This document shows, piece after piece, positions 30,515-41,568 of a stretch of DNA of 64,000 nucleotides. The notes under the pieces were generated by a model. It was given only the letters and a program-made list of their open reading frames with translations. It made no database searches and was not told where the DNA came from. Source of the stretch: Nitrososphaerales archaeon (GTDB lineage: Archaea > Thermoproteota > Nitrososphaeria > Nitrososphaerales > UBA213); contig CBDAOC010000018.1 in assembly GCA_965197925.1 (NCBI GenBank), positions 239,346 to 303,345 on the forward strand, written 5' to 3'. The position numbers and the translations under genes are program-made. Position 1 is the stretch's first letter; each line of letters opens with the position of its first letter.

Positions 30515-31364
30515 ACGCCACGGCCAAACATCTTTTCTCCATGCTAGTCGCAGCATTTACGATGACTATCTATCTTCGATATTAATCTTAGTTTATACTC
30601 AATTTATTAGAACAACAAAGCAATTTATTTAACAATTCGAAGGTAGAACAAATTGATAAACATATTTCTACATAGTAACTAAGTTTGGTAAGGGCATTAA
30701 TACTGTCCAGAATGGTAATGTTTCCTCCGGTAGATATCCAAATATCCCTTGCCTCAATCTTGATAATGAACTATCTGCCTGTTCTGGCAAGGAACAAATT
30801 CCTAGAGAATAACTTTCACATAACCAGTGATAACATTTGGGCAGGTCTGGTTCTTATCTAGTCAATAAACAATTTAGAAAACAAAATGGTCTGTAATGAA
30901 AACCAAGGTCCCATAATTAAAGATTATTTTCACATTTGCCTCTTTGCAGACATGTATTTCGAAAGGTGGGCCGAGGATTAGTTTTATCAAGCTACAAGTT
31001 AATTCCCTAAATAAATGAGGCTTGGGCGTAATTTAGTTCGAAACGATAAGATCAGGTTTCTAGTTTTTATTGTTGATATGTTTAGCTCAGACTCGATACT
31101 TCTTCGTATATTATTTTTGATTGACGTGATTCCTTAGTCAAAACCTAATAGGAAAAGGGATAGACCATTCTACTATTCTCCTACAGTTATGGTGAGATGC
31201 TTCATCGTTAGAGTATGGATAAGAATACCAAGCAACAATGCTTTGTATGAATACTTTTCGATAGATATGCCATACAACAGGAAGGTAATGAAGGCATGTG
31301 GTCTTGATAGGTTGCCAGATAAAAGAACATTCGACAGAAGGTCAAGGCCATATCAATTGACATA

Positions 31365-32238
31365 CAACTCATCTCAAAACTAACCATTTAGACAATTTTT
31401 AGCGACCATTTAGATCTATGAATAGCGACATCTAAAATTATTTTATGAAATTCCAAGAATTATCAGACAAACAGTGGAGTATGATGGAATCACACATACC
31501 ACCACATGCAAAAACTGGCAGGCCTAGGGATGATGATAGAAAAATCATTAACGGAATAATCCATGTTCTAACTACTGGATGCCGATGGGACGATATGCCA
31601 AAAAGATATGGTGATGATTCTACTGCAAACAGAAGGTTAAACAAATGGCAACAAAAAGGAATCTGGAAAAAGATTCTATCACGTACTATTCACTCAGCAC
31701 ATAAATCTGGCAAAATTAATCTACAAAAAATATCAGTTGACTCTTCATCCATTCCTGATAAAAAAGGGGCAATGTAACTGGATATAATGGATTCAAGAGA
31801 ATAACAGGTACAAAAATACATGCCGCAGTAGAGAGTAACGGATTTCCAATATCCATACTGTTGAGTCCAGCAAATGAACATGACAGTACAAAATGCATGG
31901 ATGTTACAGGATCAATTTCAGACTATCTTGATGATGATTCAATACAACAGATAGAATCAGTTTATGCAGACAAAATGATGCAAAATACATCAGAATGTAT
32001 TTGTGGGATAGAAATATTGCATGTTGCATCCCATACAAAATAAATCCCAAGTTCATCTTGCAAAATAATGATTGCAAACATTACAGCAAGACAAGATTTG
32101 TAGTTGAGAGATTCCTTGCATGGCTCAAGAATGGATTTCACAGAACAAGAACCAGGTATGAAAGAACGGCAGAAAACTACCTGGCATTTGTTAATCTCGC
32201 ATCATTTTTGATGTATTGTAGGGTTTTGAGATGAGTTG
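31365..32238 (+). mobile_element. IS-C' (diverged relative of IS-C, 874 bp) nested inside IS-A copy 3
   Basis: Perfect 16-bp inverted repeats caactcatctcaaaac / gttttgagatgagttg. 3-bp duplication ATA (31362-31364 and 32239-32241). orfA 31445..31777 is intact and orfB is fragmented. Confidence 0.88.
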
Positions 32239-32937
32239 ATAAGATCAAGGATAGATGTTATGGGTATGCTCTTCATAAAAGATGGGTTGGTAGACCCAGC
32301 CATAGTATCCGTTGACAGTTCATTGTTGAAAGCAAAGGGACATGTATGGCATAGATCAAACATGAAAAATGAAGTGCCACGCTCCGGTATAGATACAGAT
32401 GCTCGATGGGGATTCAGCAGAACCAAGGGATGGGTATTCGGATACAAGATGCATCTAGCATGTAGTACTGGTTCGTTGATAGTTCCATTATCAGCTGATT
32501 TCACAACAGCTAACATTACTGATAACAAGATGTATGAAAGCATAACATCTTCATTGCCTACAGGAATGGTAAGGTATGTTGTAGGAGATGAAGGATATGA
32601 TGATCACAAGTTATGTGATTTCAGCAGGTATAGAGGATTCCTGCTTGTATTCCCATTGGAAAGGTATAGGCATACTACAGATAATAATAGACTGGCATTG
32701 CTGCAGTTCTATCAATCGGAATTTGGACAGCATGTATATTCTCGGAGGAGCATAAGCGTTGAGCCATTGATAGAGCATATGAAGGATGTATTTACCATAG
32801 ATCCATTGCCAGTTAGAGGGTTCGATAAAGCTAGGAGTATCGTTCTGATTTCTATATTGCTATACCAGCTGATAGTATACTACAACTACTTGACAGGACG
32901 ACCATTAAGGGCATTGAAGCACATGTTGGGAAGTTAA
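32236..32937 (+). pseudogene. C-terminal two-thirds of the IS-A copy 3 transposase
   Basis: 233 aa, homologous to 8434..9108. Its N-terminal part lies at 31080..31364, upstream of the nested IS, and carries an extra indel. Confidence 0.75.
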
Positions 32938-33027
32938 TCAATCAGAGGCATCAAGTTATTTTTGTTATATGGAATAATGCCCATGCCTCATATATTTAAC
33001 CTAGAAGAACAAAAACATCAACAGTTA

Positions 33028-34047
33028 CTAAGTTATACCTACTAAACTTGCCAATTCTTTTCTTGCCGCAGCGCCCAATACTTCAGCAGAATTCTCAGGG
33101 CTCATATGGTTCAAATAGATTCCGAAACCACGTTCAAGCCCAGACCAATTTGACAGTTGGGGGTACACTTCTAAATGCCAGTGAAGCTGTCTACTATTCT
33201 TCTTTTCCGGTGACAGATGAAACACCAAATTGTAAGAAATATCTTTCATCGCTTTAGACAACCCTCCAAGTGTTGCCCGTAGTATTAACGCAAAATCATT
33301 TATCTCCTTCTGGGTTATCCTCGAAAACAATGTTATATGCCTCTTAGGGCAAATCCAGAATTCATGTGGATGTGTCGGTGCCCACGGGCATAACGAAAGA
33401 AAGCTATCTGTAGCAAGTACTTGTCTAGGACCACCTGATTCAACGTTAATTACATCACAAATTGGACACACACCCTTTTCATTTATGTATCTATGTGTAG
33501 CTTCTGCCTCTTGTTCTATCAATGGTGGTATAGTAGCGAATGTAACTATATCTAGATGCGGATGTTCAAGATTTGAACCAGCATTCTCGCCATAGTTCAA
33601 ATATATGGAAACATAAGTTACACTCTTCTGCGTATAAAGCCATCTTACTCTATCTTGAATTACAACCAGTACGTTTGCCAATTGTTCAACAGGAATATCC
33701 GATAGTTTCTGCTCATGTTCTGGAGATGCAACCACAATAAAATGATATCCATAAGCTGGTTCACTGTACAACGGCTTATCTCCATAAACCTTTTCTTGGG
33801 AAGTATTTACCACTGGTTCGTTACTTGGGAATACGCGTACACACCAATCTTCCACATAATTTTCCTCACTGTCAGCAAGTCTTTGTAGCATACCATCCTT
33901 TTGCACAAGTGCGAGGATGGCTGGCAATGTCATCCCCTCATTTCCAGGACAGTATGGACATTTTCCATTGTTGGTATCATTATCTCTATGATTGTTCGGA
34001 ATTATAACAAATCTATCGAGTAAATAATCCTTCCTTAGTTCTGCCAT
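33028..34047 (-). CDS. galT: Galactose-1-phosphate uridylyltransferase-family (HIT superfamily) nucleotidyltransferase
   Basis: CPYCPGNE zinc motif, active-site LEHPHLD, second half-domain with HWHLEV. Confidence 0.82.
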   Translation of the reverse strand: MAELRKDYLLDRFVIIPNNHRDNDTNNGKCPYCPGNEGMTLPAILALVQKDGMLQRLADSEENYVEDWCVRVFPSNEPVVNTSQEKVYGDKPLYSEPAYGYHFIVVASPEHEQKLSDIPVEQLANVLVVIQDRVRWLYTQKSVTYVSIYLNYGENAGSNLEHPHLDIVTFATIPPLIEQEAEATHRYINEKGVCPICDVINVESGGPRQVLATDSFLSLCPWAPTHPHEFWICPKRHITLFSRITQKEINDFALILRATLGGLSKAMKDISYNLVFHLSPEKKNSRQLHWHLEVYPQLSNWSGLERGFGIYLNHMSPENSAEVLGAAARKELASLVGIT

Positions 34048-34246
34048 CCCACATATTCCTCCGTCTCTTGAAATTTAAGAGTATCCTTTTCCAAGTTACA
34101 ATCAGAACATTTACACTTACAATCTTTTGAGTACAATATAAATCCCAATTAGAATTGTATCGTTTTGTAACTTCATAATTTTCTCTGGATAAAGAAATTT
34201 ACACTACTCAATATTGTTATAAAGCTGAGCATACCAAAGGCGGTTT

Positions 34247-35509
34247 ATGGTAAAACTCATTTACATACTTTTGGATGGAGTTGGAGACTTTCCAAATTCC
34301 TCACTAAATGATTTAACCCCGCTTGAAGCTGCCTACACTCCAAACATGGATTTTCTTGCAAGAAACGGGGTGATGGGTAGGGTTTACAGTGTTGGGAAAG
34401 GAATAGCACCAGAATCTGATATAGCAGTTTTCAACATGCTAGGATACAGATTCGGGCACAAAGAATATGTTGGAAGAGGTGTTATAGAAGCTATAGGATC
34501 AGATTTAGATTTAAGAGAGGGCGATCTTACATTTCGTGGAAATTTCGCAACTATTGATAATAAATTGAATATAATAGATAGGAGAGCAGGGAAGGATATT
34601 GAAAAAGATGAAGCAGAAATGATCTCGAAAGCTATTACCGAGAGTGTAAAACTGTCGGCTGGTACATTTGTGTTGAAACCTACATTGGCCCATAGGGTTG
34701 TGTTGAGTATAAGACCAGAAAAGGGTAAATTATCTGCGGAGATATCCAATACAGACCCTACTTATATGCGGTTAAGGGGTATGGGAGTTGCTAGACCTGT
34801 TGGGAAGAAAATTAAATTATTAAAATGTAGATCTTTGAATAGGATGAAATCTTCAAAGCTTTCAGCCAAACTTGTCAATGAATTCTCGAGAAAATCTACT
34901 AAGGTTATGATGGAGAATCAAGTCAATAGGAATAGAAAAAATGCTGGGAAGATGGAGATTAACTGTATACTTTTGAGAGATGCAGGAAACAGGATGCCAA
35001 TACTTCAACCTATAAGCAATGCATACGGTATCAATTTTGCATGCATTGTTGATATGCCCGTGGAAAAAGGGATAGCAAAGATAGCAGGAATGCAGATATT
35101 AGATGCCGGACGTATAACTGATTTCGAAAAGAAGGCTGATGTTCTTTCTAAATGTTTGGATGATAAAGATGCCGTCTATGTACACATTAAAGGTCCAGAT
35201 GAATTTGGTCATGATGGTAATGCTGAAGGCAAGAAGAAAAGTATAGAAGAAATTGATCGGAGGCTTTTCGGCCCCATACTTGATCTAATAGATATTGAAA
35301 AAACGGCCGTAGCTATATCAGGCGATCATTCAACTCCATGCACGAAGAAGGGGCATAGCGACGATCCCGTTCCATTGCTTATTTCTGGAACAATGGTTAA
35401 GCGTGATAACACAGCGAGGTTTGCAGAAAGTCATGCTGTAAAGGGCTCTCTTGGAATTATGCAAGGATATGAAGTATTAAGCAAAATCATTAATCTTATC
35501 AAATCTTAA
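34247..35509 (+). CDS. apgM: 2,3-bisphosphoglycerate-independent phosphoglycerate mutase, archaeal type
   Basis: 420 aa. LLDGVGD N-terminus, DEFGHDG and SGDHSTP metal-site motifs. Confidence 0.9.
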   Translation: MVKLIYILLDGVGDFPNSSLNDLTPLEAAYTPNMDFLARNGVMGRVYSVGKGIAPESDIAVFNMLGYRFGHKEYVGRGVIEAIGSDLDLREGDLTFRGNFATIDNKLNIIDRRAGKDIEKDEAEMISKAITESVKLSAGTFVLKPTLAHRVVLSIRPEKGKLSAEISNTDPTYMRLRGMGVARPVGKKIKLLKCRSLNRMKSSKLSAKLVNEFSRKSTKVMMENQVNRNRKNAGKMEINCILLRDAGNRMPILQPISNAYGINFACIVDMPVEKGIAKIAGMQILDAGRITDFEKKADVLSKCLDDKDAVYVHIKGPDEFGHDGNAEGKKKSIEEIDRRLFGPILDLIDIEKTAVAISGDHSTPCTKKGHSDDPVPLLISGTMVKRDNTARFAESHAVKGSLGIMQGYEVLSKIINLIKS

Positions 35510-36056
35510 AATATTCAATATTTTTCGTATTCATGATAATTAGTAACATCTGCTTAAACCTACTCATATCTATTCCAAAATATATTCCACTAGTACTATC
35601 CAATTTTTCTATTGCTCTACCAAGAATTGATATACTTATATTATCTTCATCTTTCTGGCTGTGCACAAAGGCTGCGCATGTAAGTATAATACCTTGTAAC
35701 AAATATTTTTCGTTACCATGTTCCAACCTCCAAACACCTTCAAGAACTTCATGACATTCCCAATATCGTTCGTCATTGAAGAGAGACTTGGCATATTCAA
35801 TAGCCTTCTCTTTTTCCATTGGCTTATCAATTATCTTTTTCTTATTTGCAATTGAAGATATCCTCGACAATTTTAATAATAAATTTTCTAGTTTTTCATC
35901 TGAAATTGAAATATCGAATTCAATATATTTACTGGAAATACGTGAATCTCTTATAATTATATTATCATCTGCAAGATTTCTAGCCCTGAATAGCAATTCC
36001 CGGGCATTCTTTACATTGTATCCATTGTTTTGTAGGTGTATTATGTAGCGGGTCAT
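35499..36056 (-). CDS. DUF309-domain protein
   Basis: FNDERYWECHEVLEGVWR matches the DUF309 signature. Confidence 0.65.
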   Translation of the reverse strand: MTRYIIHLQNNGYNVKNARELLFRARNLADDNIIIRDSRISSKYIEFDISISDEKLENLLLKLSRISSIANKKKIIDKPMEKEKAIEYAKSLFNDERYWECHEVLEGVWRLEHGNEKYLLQGIILTCAAFVHSQKDEDNISISILGRAIEKLDSTSGIYFGIDMSRFKQMLLIIMNTKNIEYFKI

Positions 36057-36140
36057 TTAAGCTAAAAATTACTTCATTATTATAAATGAATTATTGTGCC
36101 ACGCTAGGTTTATATGAGTTTCAAAGGGCAGTAATCCCAC

Positions 36141-36590
36141 TTGAACGAAATAGTAATGTTGGAAGATAAAATCAATGGACTTTTGAAACGGCGTGAGGTA
36201 AATTGTACATTTAAGGGTTATGCGGGTAAGTTAACGAGGAAGGAAGCCGTGGAAAAGGTTGTCAAAGAACTCAAGTTAGACAATAAATTTGTCATACCGG
36301 TGAGTCTTATGTGTAATACGGGTATCAACGATATTAAATGCACCTTTTATGTTTATGATGAGGAAACCTTGGCGAGGATACATCTTCCGAAACACCTTTT
36401 CAAGAGAATGCTTACGAAAGAAGAGAGCAAGGAGAAAAATGTGGAAAAAGATAGAGGGAAAGTTCCTGACAGTCCTCCAAAGGAAGTGAATGAACTTGTA
36501 GTTACAGGAGGAAAGAATGAGGATGCCAAAATTGAAGAACTGAGTAAAGAAGTTGGAGAGAAAGATAAACCTGAAGAGGAGGTTAAATAA
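36141..36590 (+). CDS. rps24e: 30S ribosomal protein S24e with Lys/Glu-rich C-terminal tail
   Basis: NGLLKRREV...[15 protein letters not shown]...FYVYDEE pattern, followed immediately by rps27ae. Confidence 0.85.
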   Translation: MNEIVMLEDKINGLLKRREVNCTFKGYAGKLTRKEAVEKVVKELKLDNKFVIPVSLMCNTGINDIKCTFYVYDEETLARIHLPKHLFKRMLTKEESKEKNVEKDRGKVPDSPPKEVNELVVTGGKNEDAKIEELSKEVGEKDKPEEEVK

Positions 36591-36592
36591 TA

Positions 36593-36769
36593 GTGGGAAA
36601 GAAGGGACAGAACACAAGCGTATGGAAGTATTACAAAGTTCAGGATGAGCAGGTAAAAAAATTGAAGAAAGAATGCTCTAGATGCGGTAAAGGAGTATTC
36701 ATGGGGGAACATAAGGATAGGGTGACTTGTGGTAAATGCGGCTATACAGAATTCAAGAGTAAGCCTTGA
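36593..36769 (+). CDS. rps27ae: 30S ribosomal protein S27ae (58 aa, below the ORF-track cutoff)
   Basis: GTG start 2 nt after the rps24e stop. [43 protein letters not shown] is the C4 zinc-ribbon S27ae signature. The 3' end overlaps the convergent gene by 17 nt. Confidence 0.8.
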   Translation: MGKKGQNTSVWKYYKVQDEQVKKLKKECSRCGKGVFMGEHKDRVTCGKCGYTEFKSKP

Positions 36770-38399
36770 TACAAGTTTTTATTTCGTCTCTAACAGCAGA
36801 TATTATTCCTAATACTAGTGTCGGATAGAACAGTGATATGTATTTTTTATCTAACGCCTTCTTCATTATTGATACATATTCTATCTGTAAATATCCATCG
36901 AGAAATGCCTTAACTACCTTTCGGGCTCCTTTTTCATTCGAAGTAAATTTCATCGAGTAATATATGAAGCATGCAATATCCCACGCTTGATCATCATTAT
37001 ATCCAAACTGCTCTAGATCTGTAAAATAAAATCTATTGTGACTAAGCAGTATGTTGCTTGCTTTTGTGTCCATCAAGGTGTATCCCCTAGTATGTATCAG
37101 CTGGAGTAACCGTCCCCATTGTGCTATAGGTTCAGTATCCTCAGATTTGTTTAATAACACTAATTCTATTATTTCGCTCAATTTCGTGCCCTCTATATAT
37201 CTAGTTATCAGCAATTTTTTGTGGGGTACACTTGCAACAATATCTGGAGTGTTAAAACCTATGCTTTTCAAATATCCTATGGTACTATACTCTCTAAGCA
37301 TCCTTGTTGTAGGATCTGTGTCAAACTTCTTTACACCTAAGGCCCAAACATTTATTGCAGCCCATTTCATCGCCTTTATGCTCGCGAATTGCTTCATAAC
37401 TAGTCTTTCTGATCTCTCATTTTCACTTATCGTATAGAGTGTAGTAGCTGCGTGTAGATCTCCTAGTTTTTTTCGACTTACAGAATATTCTCTAAAGTTC
37501 AAGGCAGCTGCTAACTCTTTCATCCATCGATCTCCTTCAATACGTATTCCTACCTCCAGTTTAAGTAACGAACCTGGTCTTTCCAATTCTTTAGGAAAAT
37601 TCTTAATATTTTTCCGTCTTTTTAGTTTAGATCTAGCTTCCTGCTTAACGAAATTGAGGGTTCTCCTTCCTGCGTATGTATGTATTAGCCAAGAAAACAC
37701 GCCTCTCATAGCACTTGAAATTTTAATAGATGCTTTATCTGAAGATCTGAATTTTATTCTTCCCTCTAAGATTCTGACATATCCGTTATCCAGTTGCACA
37801 TATCCTTCTTTTTCAAGATCCTGTAATGCCAACTCAAAACCTTTCACGCTCTTTTCCAGATTTTTCCTACCATGATCTTCTGAATAGGTTTTTGCATAAC
37901 TGTACAATGCATGAGGAAAAATTCTTCCTCTCTTTTGCAATTTAGAATAGAGGAAATAATTTATAGGGATCAGGAGATGTGGGTAAAGAGAATCCGTAAC
38001 TGAAAGTTCCCTCAACTCCTCCAATATAACTCGTTTCTTATATGTCCTTTCTATATCTGCAAGGTAGTTTGCATTTGTCAAGGATTCATATGGGTGTAAG
38101 AGTCTTCCAACAACAAATTCTCCTAATAAGGCCTTTTCTGCATCTTTAATGAGTGATCTGCTGTCAACAATTAAAATGGAAACATCTAATTCATTTTTTT
38201 CATACATATATTTTATGGTATGACTATATTTTTTTAGAATTAGTAAAAGATCGTAATCGCTATCCGCCCTTGCATACCCTGCAACTTTAGACCCATAGGC
38301 ACAACACGCTTCAATGTCATGATTGTCAGCAAGTTTCACCATGATCTTATGTAGATTATCCTTTGTATCACTATCAAGAATCTGTTTGTCATTCAACAT
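36753..38399 (-). CDS. Fusion protein: N-terminal Pol-beta-type nucleotidyltransferase domain and C-terminal atypical (Bud32/RIO/Kdo-like) kinase domain
   Basis: NTase motif [21 protein letters not shown]-terminal [11 protein letters not shown]...FTDLEQFG resembles a kinase catalytic loop and DFG-like motif. Confidence 0.55.
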   Translation of the reverse strand: MLNDKQILDSDTKDNLHKIMVKLADNHDIEACCAYGSKVAGYARADSDYDLLLILKKYSHTIKYMYEKNELDVSILIVDSRSLIKDAEKALLGEFVVGRLLHPYESLTNANYLADIERTYKKRVILEELRELSVTDSLYPHLLIPINYFLYSKLQKRGRIFPHALYSYAKTYSEDHGRKNLEKSVKGFELALQDLEKEGYVQLDNGYVRILEGRIKFRSSDKASIKISSAMRGVFSWLIHTYAGRRTLNFVKQEARSKLKRRKNIKNFPKELERPGSLLKLEVGIRIEGDRWMKELAAALNFREYSVSRKKLGDLHAATTLYTISENERSERLVMKQFASIKAMKWAAINVWALGVKKFDTDPTTRMLREYSTIGYLKSIGFNTPDIVASVPHKKLLITRYIEGTKLSEIIELVLLNKSEDTEPIAQWGRLLQLIHTRGYTLMDTKASNILLSHNRFYFTDLEQFGYNDDQAWDIACFIYYSMKFTSNEKGARKVVKAFLDGYLQIEYVSIMKKALDKKYISLFYPTLVLGIISAVRDEIKTCIKAYS

Positions 38400-38407
38400 T
38401 ACCGCAA

Positions 38408-39166
38408 TTACCTCTTCCTGGGATATTTTTGAGAGCTCATCTCATTAATTTTCTTCCTGAGATTTTGGTCTATTTGAGTATTCAGCATTGCATTCATAGG
38501 TATTCTAATTGTATTTTCATCCATACTAATCCTGCATGCAGGCATACCTTTCTCCAACCACATTTTGATACATTTATTTTCAAGTTTAGGATCGTGAAAA
38601 CCTTCAGGAAATTTTTTCGTAATTAATTGAAGTAACGATCTATCTCTAAACACAGTTTTAGGTTCAATAATTTTTGTTGAATCAATATATGAGCTTTCAA
38701 AAAATGTGCCTGATATTTCATCAGATATCATATCCATCTTGACCATTCTCACCATTAGTTCTAAATAGTGAAGGAATTCATGTGCTAAAACAGCATGAAT
38801 AGTACCCTTCATACCATATGCTATGAGTGGGGCAGTGAGCTGTATAAGGACATTAACCTTATTATCTAAACTTACGACAGGAATAGTTCTAGCGAATAAA
38901 ACCCCAACCTCATTTATCTCTAACGGAGAAACAGATAGCACAATGCTGGGTTCAACATAGTATGATGGATAACTAATGCCAGAGGTTTTTGCAACTCTTT
39001 TAACACCTTCCTGTACGAACTTGAACCTATCTTGAATCTTCTTGTAAATACTTTGAGGGATCAGATTTGCAAGTTTGGCATCGTCAATCTTTCTAAGCGG
39101 ATCCACTTTATCAATTTCCAACCGGCGATACAAAAGTGTTTGGTTATCAATCAACAAATTCAACAT
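38408..39166 (-). CDS. Hypothetical HExxH protein (putative zinc metallopeptidase)
   Basis: VLAHEFLHYLE motif. Overlaps the pus10 stop by 20 nt and ends 8 nt before the next gene. Confidence 0.45.
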   Translation of the reverse strand: MLNLLIDNQTLLYRRLEIDKVDPLRKIDDAKLANLIPQSIYKKIQDRFKFVQEGVKRVAKTSGISYPSYYVEPSIVLSVSPLEINEVGVLFARTIPVVSLDNKVNVLIQLTAPLIAYGMKGTIHAVLAHEFLHYLELMVRMVKMDMISDEISGTFFESSYIDSTKIIEPKTVFRDRSLLQLITKKFPEGFHDPKLENKCIKMWLEKGMPACRISMDENTIRIPMNAMLNTQIDQNLRKKINEMSSQKYPRKR

Positions 39167-40247
39167 TTAAAATATCGAAAGAACTACACGTTGCTTTACA
39201 CCCTATGATTTTTGAAATATTTGGTGTCATATCCTTACACTCTACGAACTGTTTTATTGTAAGCCCACCATCAACAACCATCAATAATGTTAGAATATTC
39301 TTCAATGCGTTTGCTTTTATTTGATAAATCTTCCTGCTTACTTCTTGTCCATGTCTTCCAGAGAATCTTACATATGTGTTATTCAGATTATTTAGCTTCT
39401 CTAATAAAGCGTTATTGATTTCAGAAGCACATTCTACTATCAATTTAACCTTCATCTTGAATTTTATAGGCTTGTCAGGTAATCTTTCAACCCTTTTAAG
39501 GAATTTGACCTGTACCCCATCTTCATTGACAAATCTTGGCCTGGAAAATCTTGTTTTTGGATTGATAATCTTTACAAAAAAAGGTCTTCCATCATTGAGA
39601 ACCAAACTATCCTTATCCTCGCCTCCCATCCATGCAAATTTTGTACTTTCACACTTAAAGGAATCAATCAACTTTCCTTCTATTATACCCTCTATACTGT
39701 CATACCCAGATAATCTAATATTCTTACATTTTGAGCAGCTTTTGTCCATACAAATATTACAACGTTGTCGTTTCTGTCTCAAACCCCTTGTGTGCTTCAC
39801 ATATCTACCGAATAGAAATACAGGCCCCGACCTTACCTTCACATCTTTTGTGACAGGGTTGATATTGATTGTGACATCTGGTTTGTTATAGTCCACTTGC
39901 CTTCCAGATTTTCTACTAAGCCTTTTACCTAACTCTTTTGTTAGATTGTTCTTCACATTTTCTGTACCTTTGATCTTAAACCTTGATCTGATTTCGTCTT
40001 CCCGTTCCAGCATGACGGATGGTAAAACTGCACCTATGAGGAAAGTATTGTATGTATACATCTTCAATTCTGCAAGAACAATTTCTAACAAATCATCAAT
40101 CCTATCCATTAATCCATTACAGATATAGCATTCATTTTTTATTTTCTTACTATTTTTAGATATCTTCTTAGATGATTGTCTTGCAAGACAGATAGTGCAT
40201 AGAGTATATTTTTTCAGGATATCTGACTCTGTTACGGTATTAACCAA
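39147..40247 (-). CDS. pus10: tRNA pseudouridine(54/55) synthase Pus10
   Basis: N-terminal CxxC...CxxC zinc ribbons, THUMP-like middle, GGEDKDSLVLNDGRPFFVKIINPK catalytic-domain block. Confidence 0.85.
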   Translation of the reverse strand: MVNTVTESDILKKYTLCTICLARQSSKKISKNSKKIKNECYICNGLMDRIDDLLEIVLAELKMYTYNTFLIGAVLPSVMLEREDEIRSRFKIKGTENVKNNLTKELGKRLSRKSGRQVDYNKPDVTININPVTKDVKVRSGPVFLFGRYVKHTRGLRQKRQRCNICMDKSCSKCKNIRLSGYDSIEGIIEGKLIDSFKCESTKFAWMGGEDKDSLVLNDGRPFFVKIINPKTRFSRPRFVNEDGVQVKFLKRVERLPDKPIKFKMKVKLIVECASEINNALLEKLNNLNNTYVRFSGRHGQEVSRKIYQIKANALKNILTLLMVVDGGLTIKQFVECKDMTPNISKIIGCKATCSSFDILNVEFVD

Positions 40248-41568
40248 TACCGAATCTCCTTAACAAACCTTGCATCTGCCTGCCCTTCGATGCTTTCATG
40301 ACATCCTTTGAGCGTTTGTAATTTGTTAACAATTCTTTCACGTCGCGTTCGGGTAATCCACAACCACGCGCAACACGTTTTATTCTTGAAGCATTAAAAA
40401 GATCTGGATTAATCCTTTCTTTCTTTGTCATGGATTGTATGACATAACGCCATTTAATCATCTTTTTTTCCATCACATCAATATCATCGTCTTTCATTGC
40501 ACCAGACAGGCCTGGAATATGTTCAAAGACGGCTCGTAACGAACCCATCTTTCCTACTTGTTCAAGTTGGAAGTAGAAATCATCTATCGTCATCTTTCCA
40601 CTTGTTATTCTCTTAACTTTTGCTTCATCAGCTTCTGACTCGAGTGTCCTGGCCATATCCAGTAACGCTTTGACATCTCCCATTCCGAGTAATCTTCCAA
40701 CAAATCTAGTGGGTGAGAATTGTTCTAGGTCATCTATTCTTTCACCAGTTCCAATAAACATTATCCTTGCCCCGGTAGCAGCGGCTGCAGATAAAGCTCC
40801 ACCTCCTTTTGCTGAACCATCGAGTTTTGTTACAATTATACCGCCTACCGGAACAGTGTTGTGAAATGATGCCGCTTGATTGTAACATTGTTGTCCTATG
40901 GTCCCATCTATAACAAGTACCACAAGATCTGGGGCAACTTTTTTGTAAATATTGTTCATTTCGTCTAGCAACTCCTTTTCTTCTTTATGTCTTCCAGCCG
41001 TATCGACTATGATAACATCAAGGTTGGATGATTTGAAATAATCTAGCCCTTTCCTAGATACTTCTACTGGATCTTTTAAGCTTTCATCTCCATATACATC
41101 AACATTGATTTTTTTACAAATCATCTTCAGCTGAGTAAGCGCACCAGGTCTGAAGGTATCTGCACCTATTACACCAACAGCGTATCCATGCTTTGATAAC
41201 CACCTAGCTATCTTGCCAGTAACTGTCGTCTTCCCGCTTCCTTGGATACCAATCATCAGCATAATGTTTGTCTTATTTGGTTTGAAGTAGAGCGGTTTCT
41301 CCTCACCAAGCAATCTTGCCAGTTCATCATATAATATCTTTACAATATGATCCTTTCTTAACAATCCTGGAGGAGGTTGCTCGTGTAAAGCTCTCTGTTG
41401 GAGTTTGTTTGTGACATCCAGAACGAGCTTAACGTTAACGTCAGAACCTAGAAGTGATCTCTGTACGTCCTTCGCAAGGTCTTTGATCAAATTTTCATCT
41501 ATGTTGGAGGCTCCAACAAGCTTTTTCAGTGCGCCTCTTAACCCAGTTCTCAGAGAGTCTAGAACCAT
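40240..41568 (-). CDS. srp54: Signal recognition particle protein SRP54
   Basis: GIQGSGKTT, DTAGR and TKLDG GTPase motifs, Met-rich C-terminal M domain. Confidence 0.95.
   Translation of the reverse strand: MVLDSLRTGLRGALKKLVGASNIDENLIKDLAKDVQRSLLGSDVNVKLVLDVTNKLQQRALHEQPPPGLLRKDHIVKILYDELARLLGEEKPLYFKPNKTNIMLMIGIQGSGKTTVTGKIARWLSKHGYAVGVIGADTFRPGALTQLKMICKKINVDVYGDESLKDPVEVSRKGLDYFKSSNLDVIIVDTAGRHKEEKELLDEMNNIYKKVAPDLVVLVIDGTIGQQCYNQAASFHNTVPVGGIIVTKLDGSAKGGGALSAAAATGARIMFIGTGERIDDLEQFSPTRFVGRLLGMGDVKALLDMARTLESEADEAKVKRITSGKMTIDDFYFQLEQVGKMGSLRAVFEHIPGLSGAMKDDDIDVMEKKMIKWRYVIQSMTKKERINPDLFNASRIKRVARGCGLPERDVKELLTNYKRSKDVMKASKGRQMQGLLRRFGIG

Larger units (their letters stand above)
31016..32990 (+). 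mobile_element. IS-A copy 3, interrupted by a nested IS
   Basis: Termini tgaggcttgggcg...gcccatgcctca. The 5' part (to 31364) and 3' part (from 32239) rejoin exactly at the sequence gacata/agatcaagg seen in the other copies. Confidence 0.88.
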
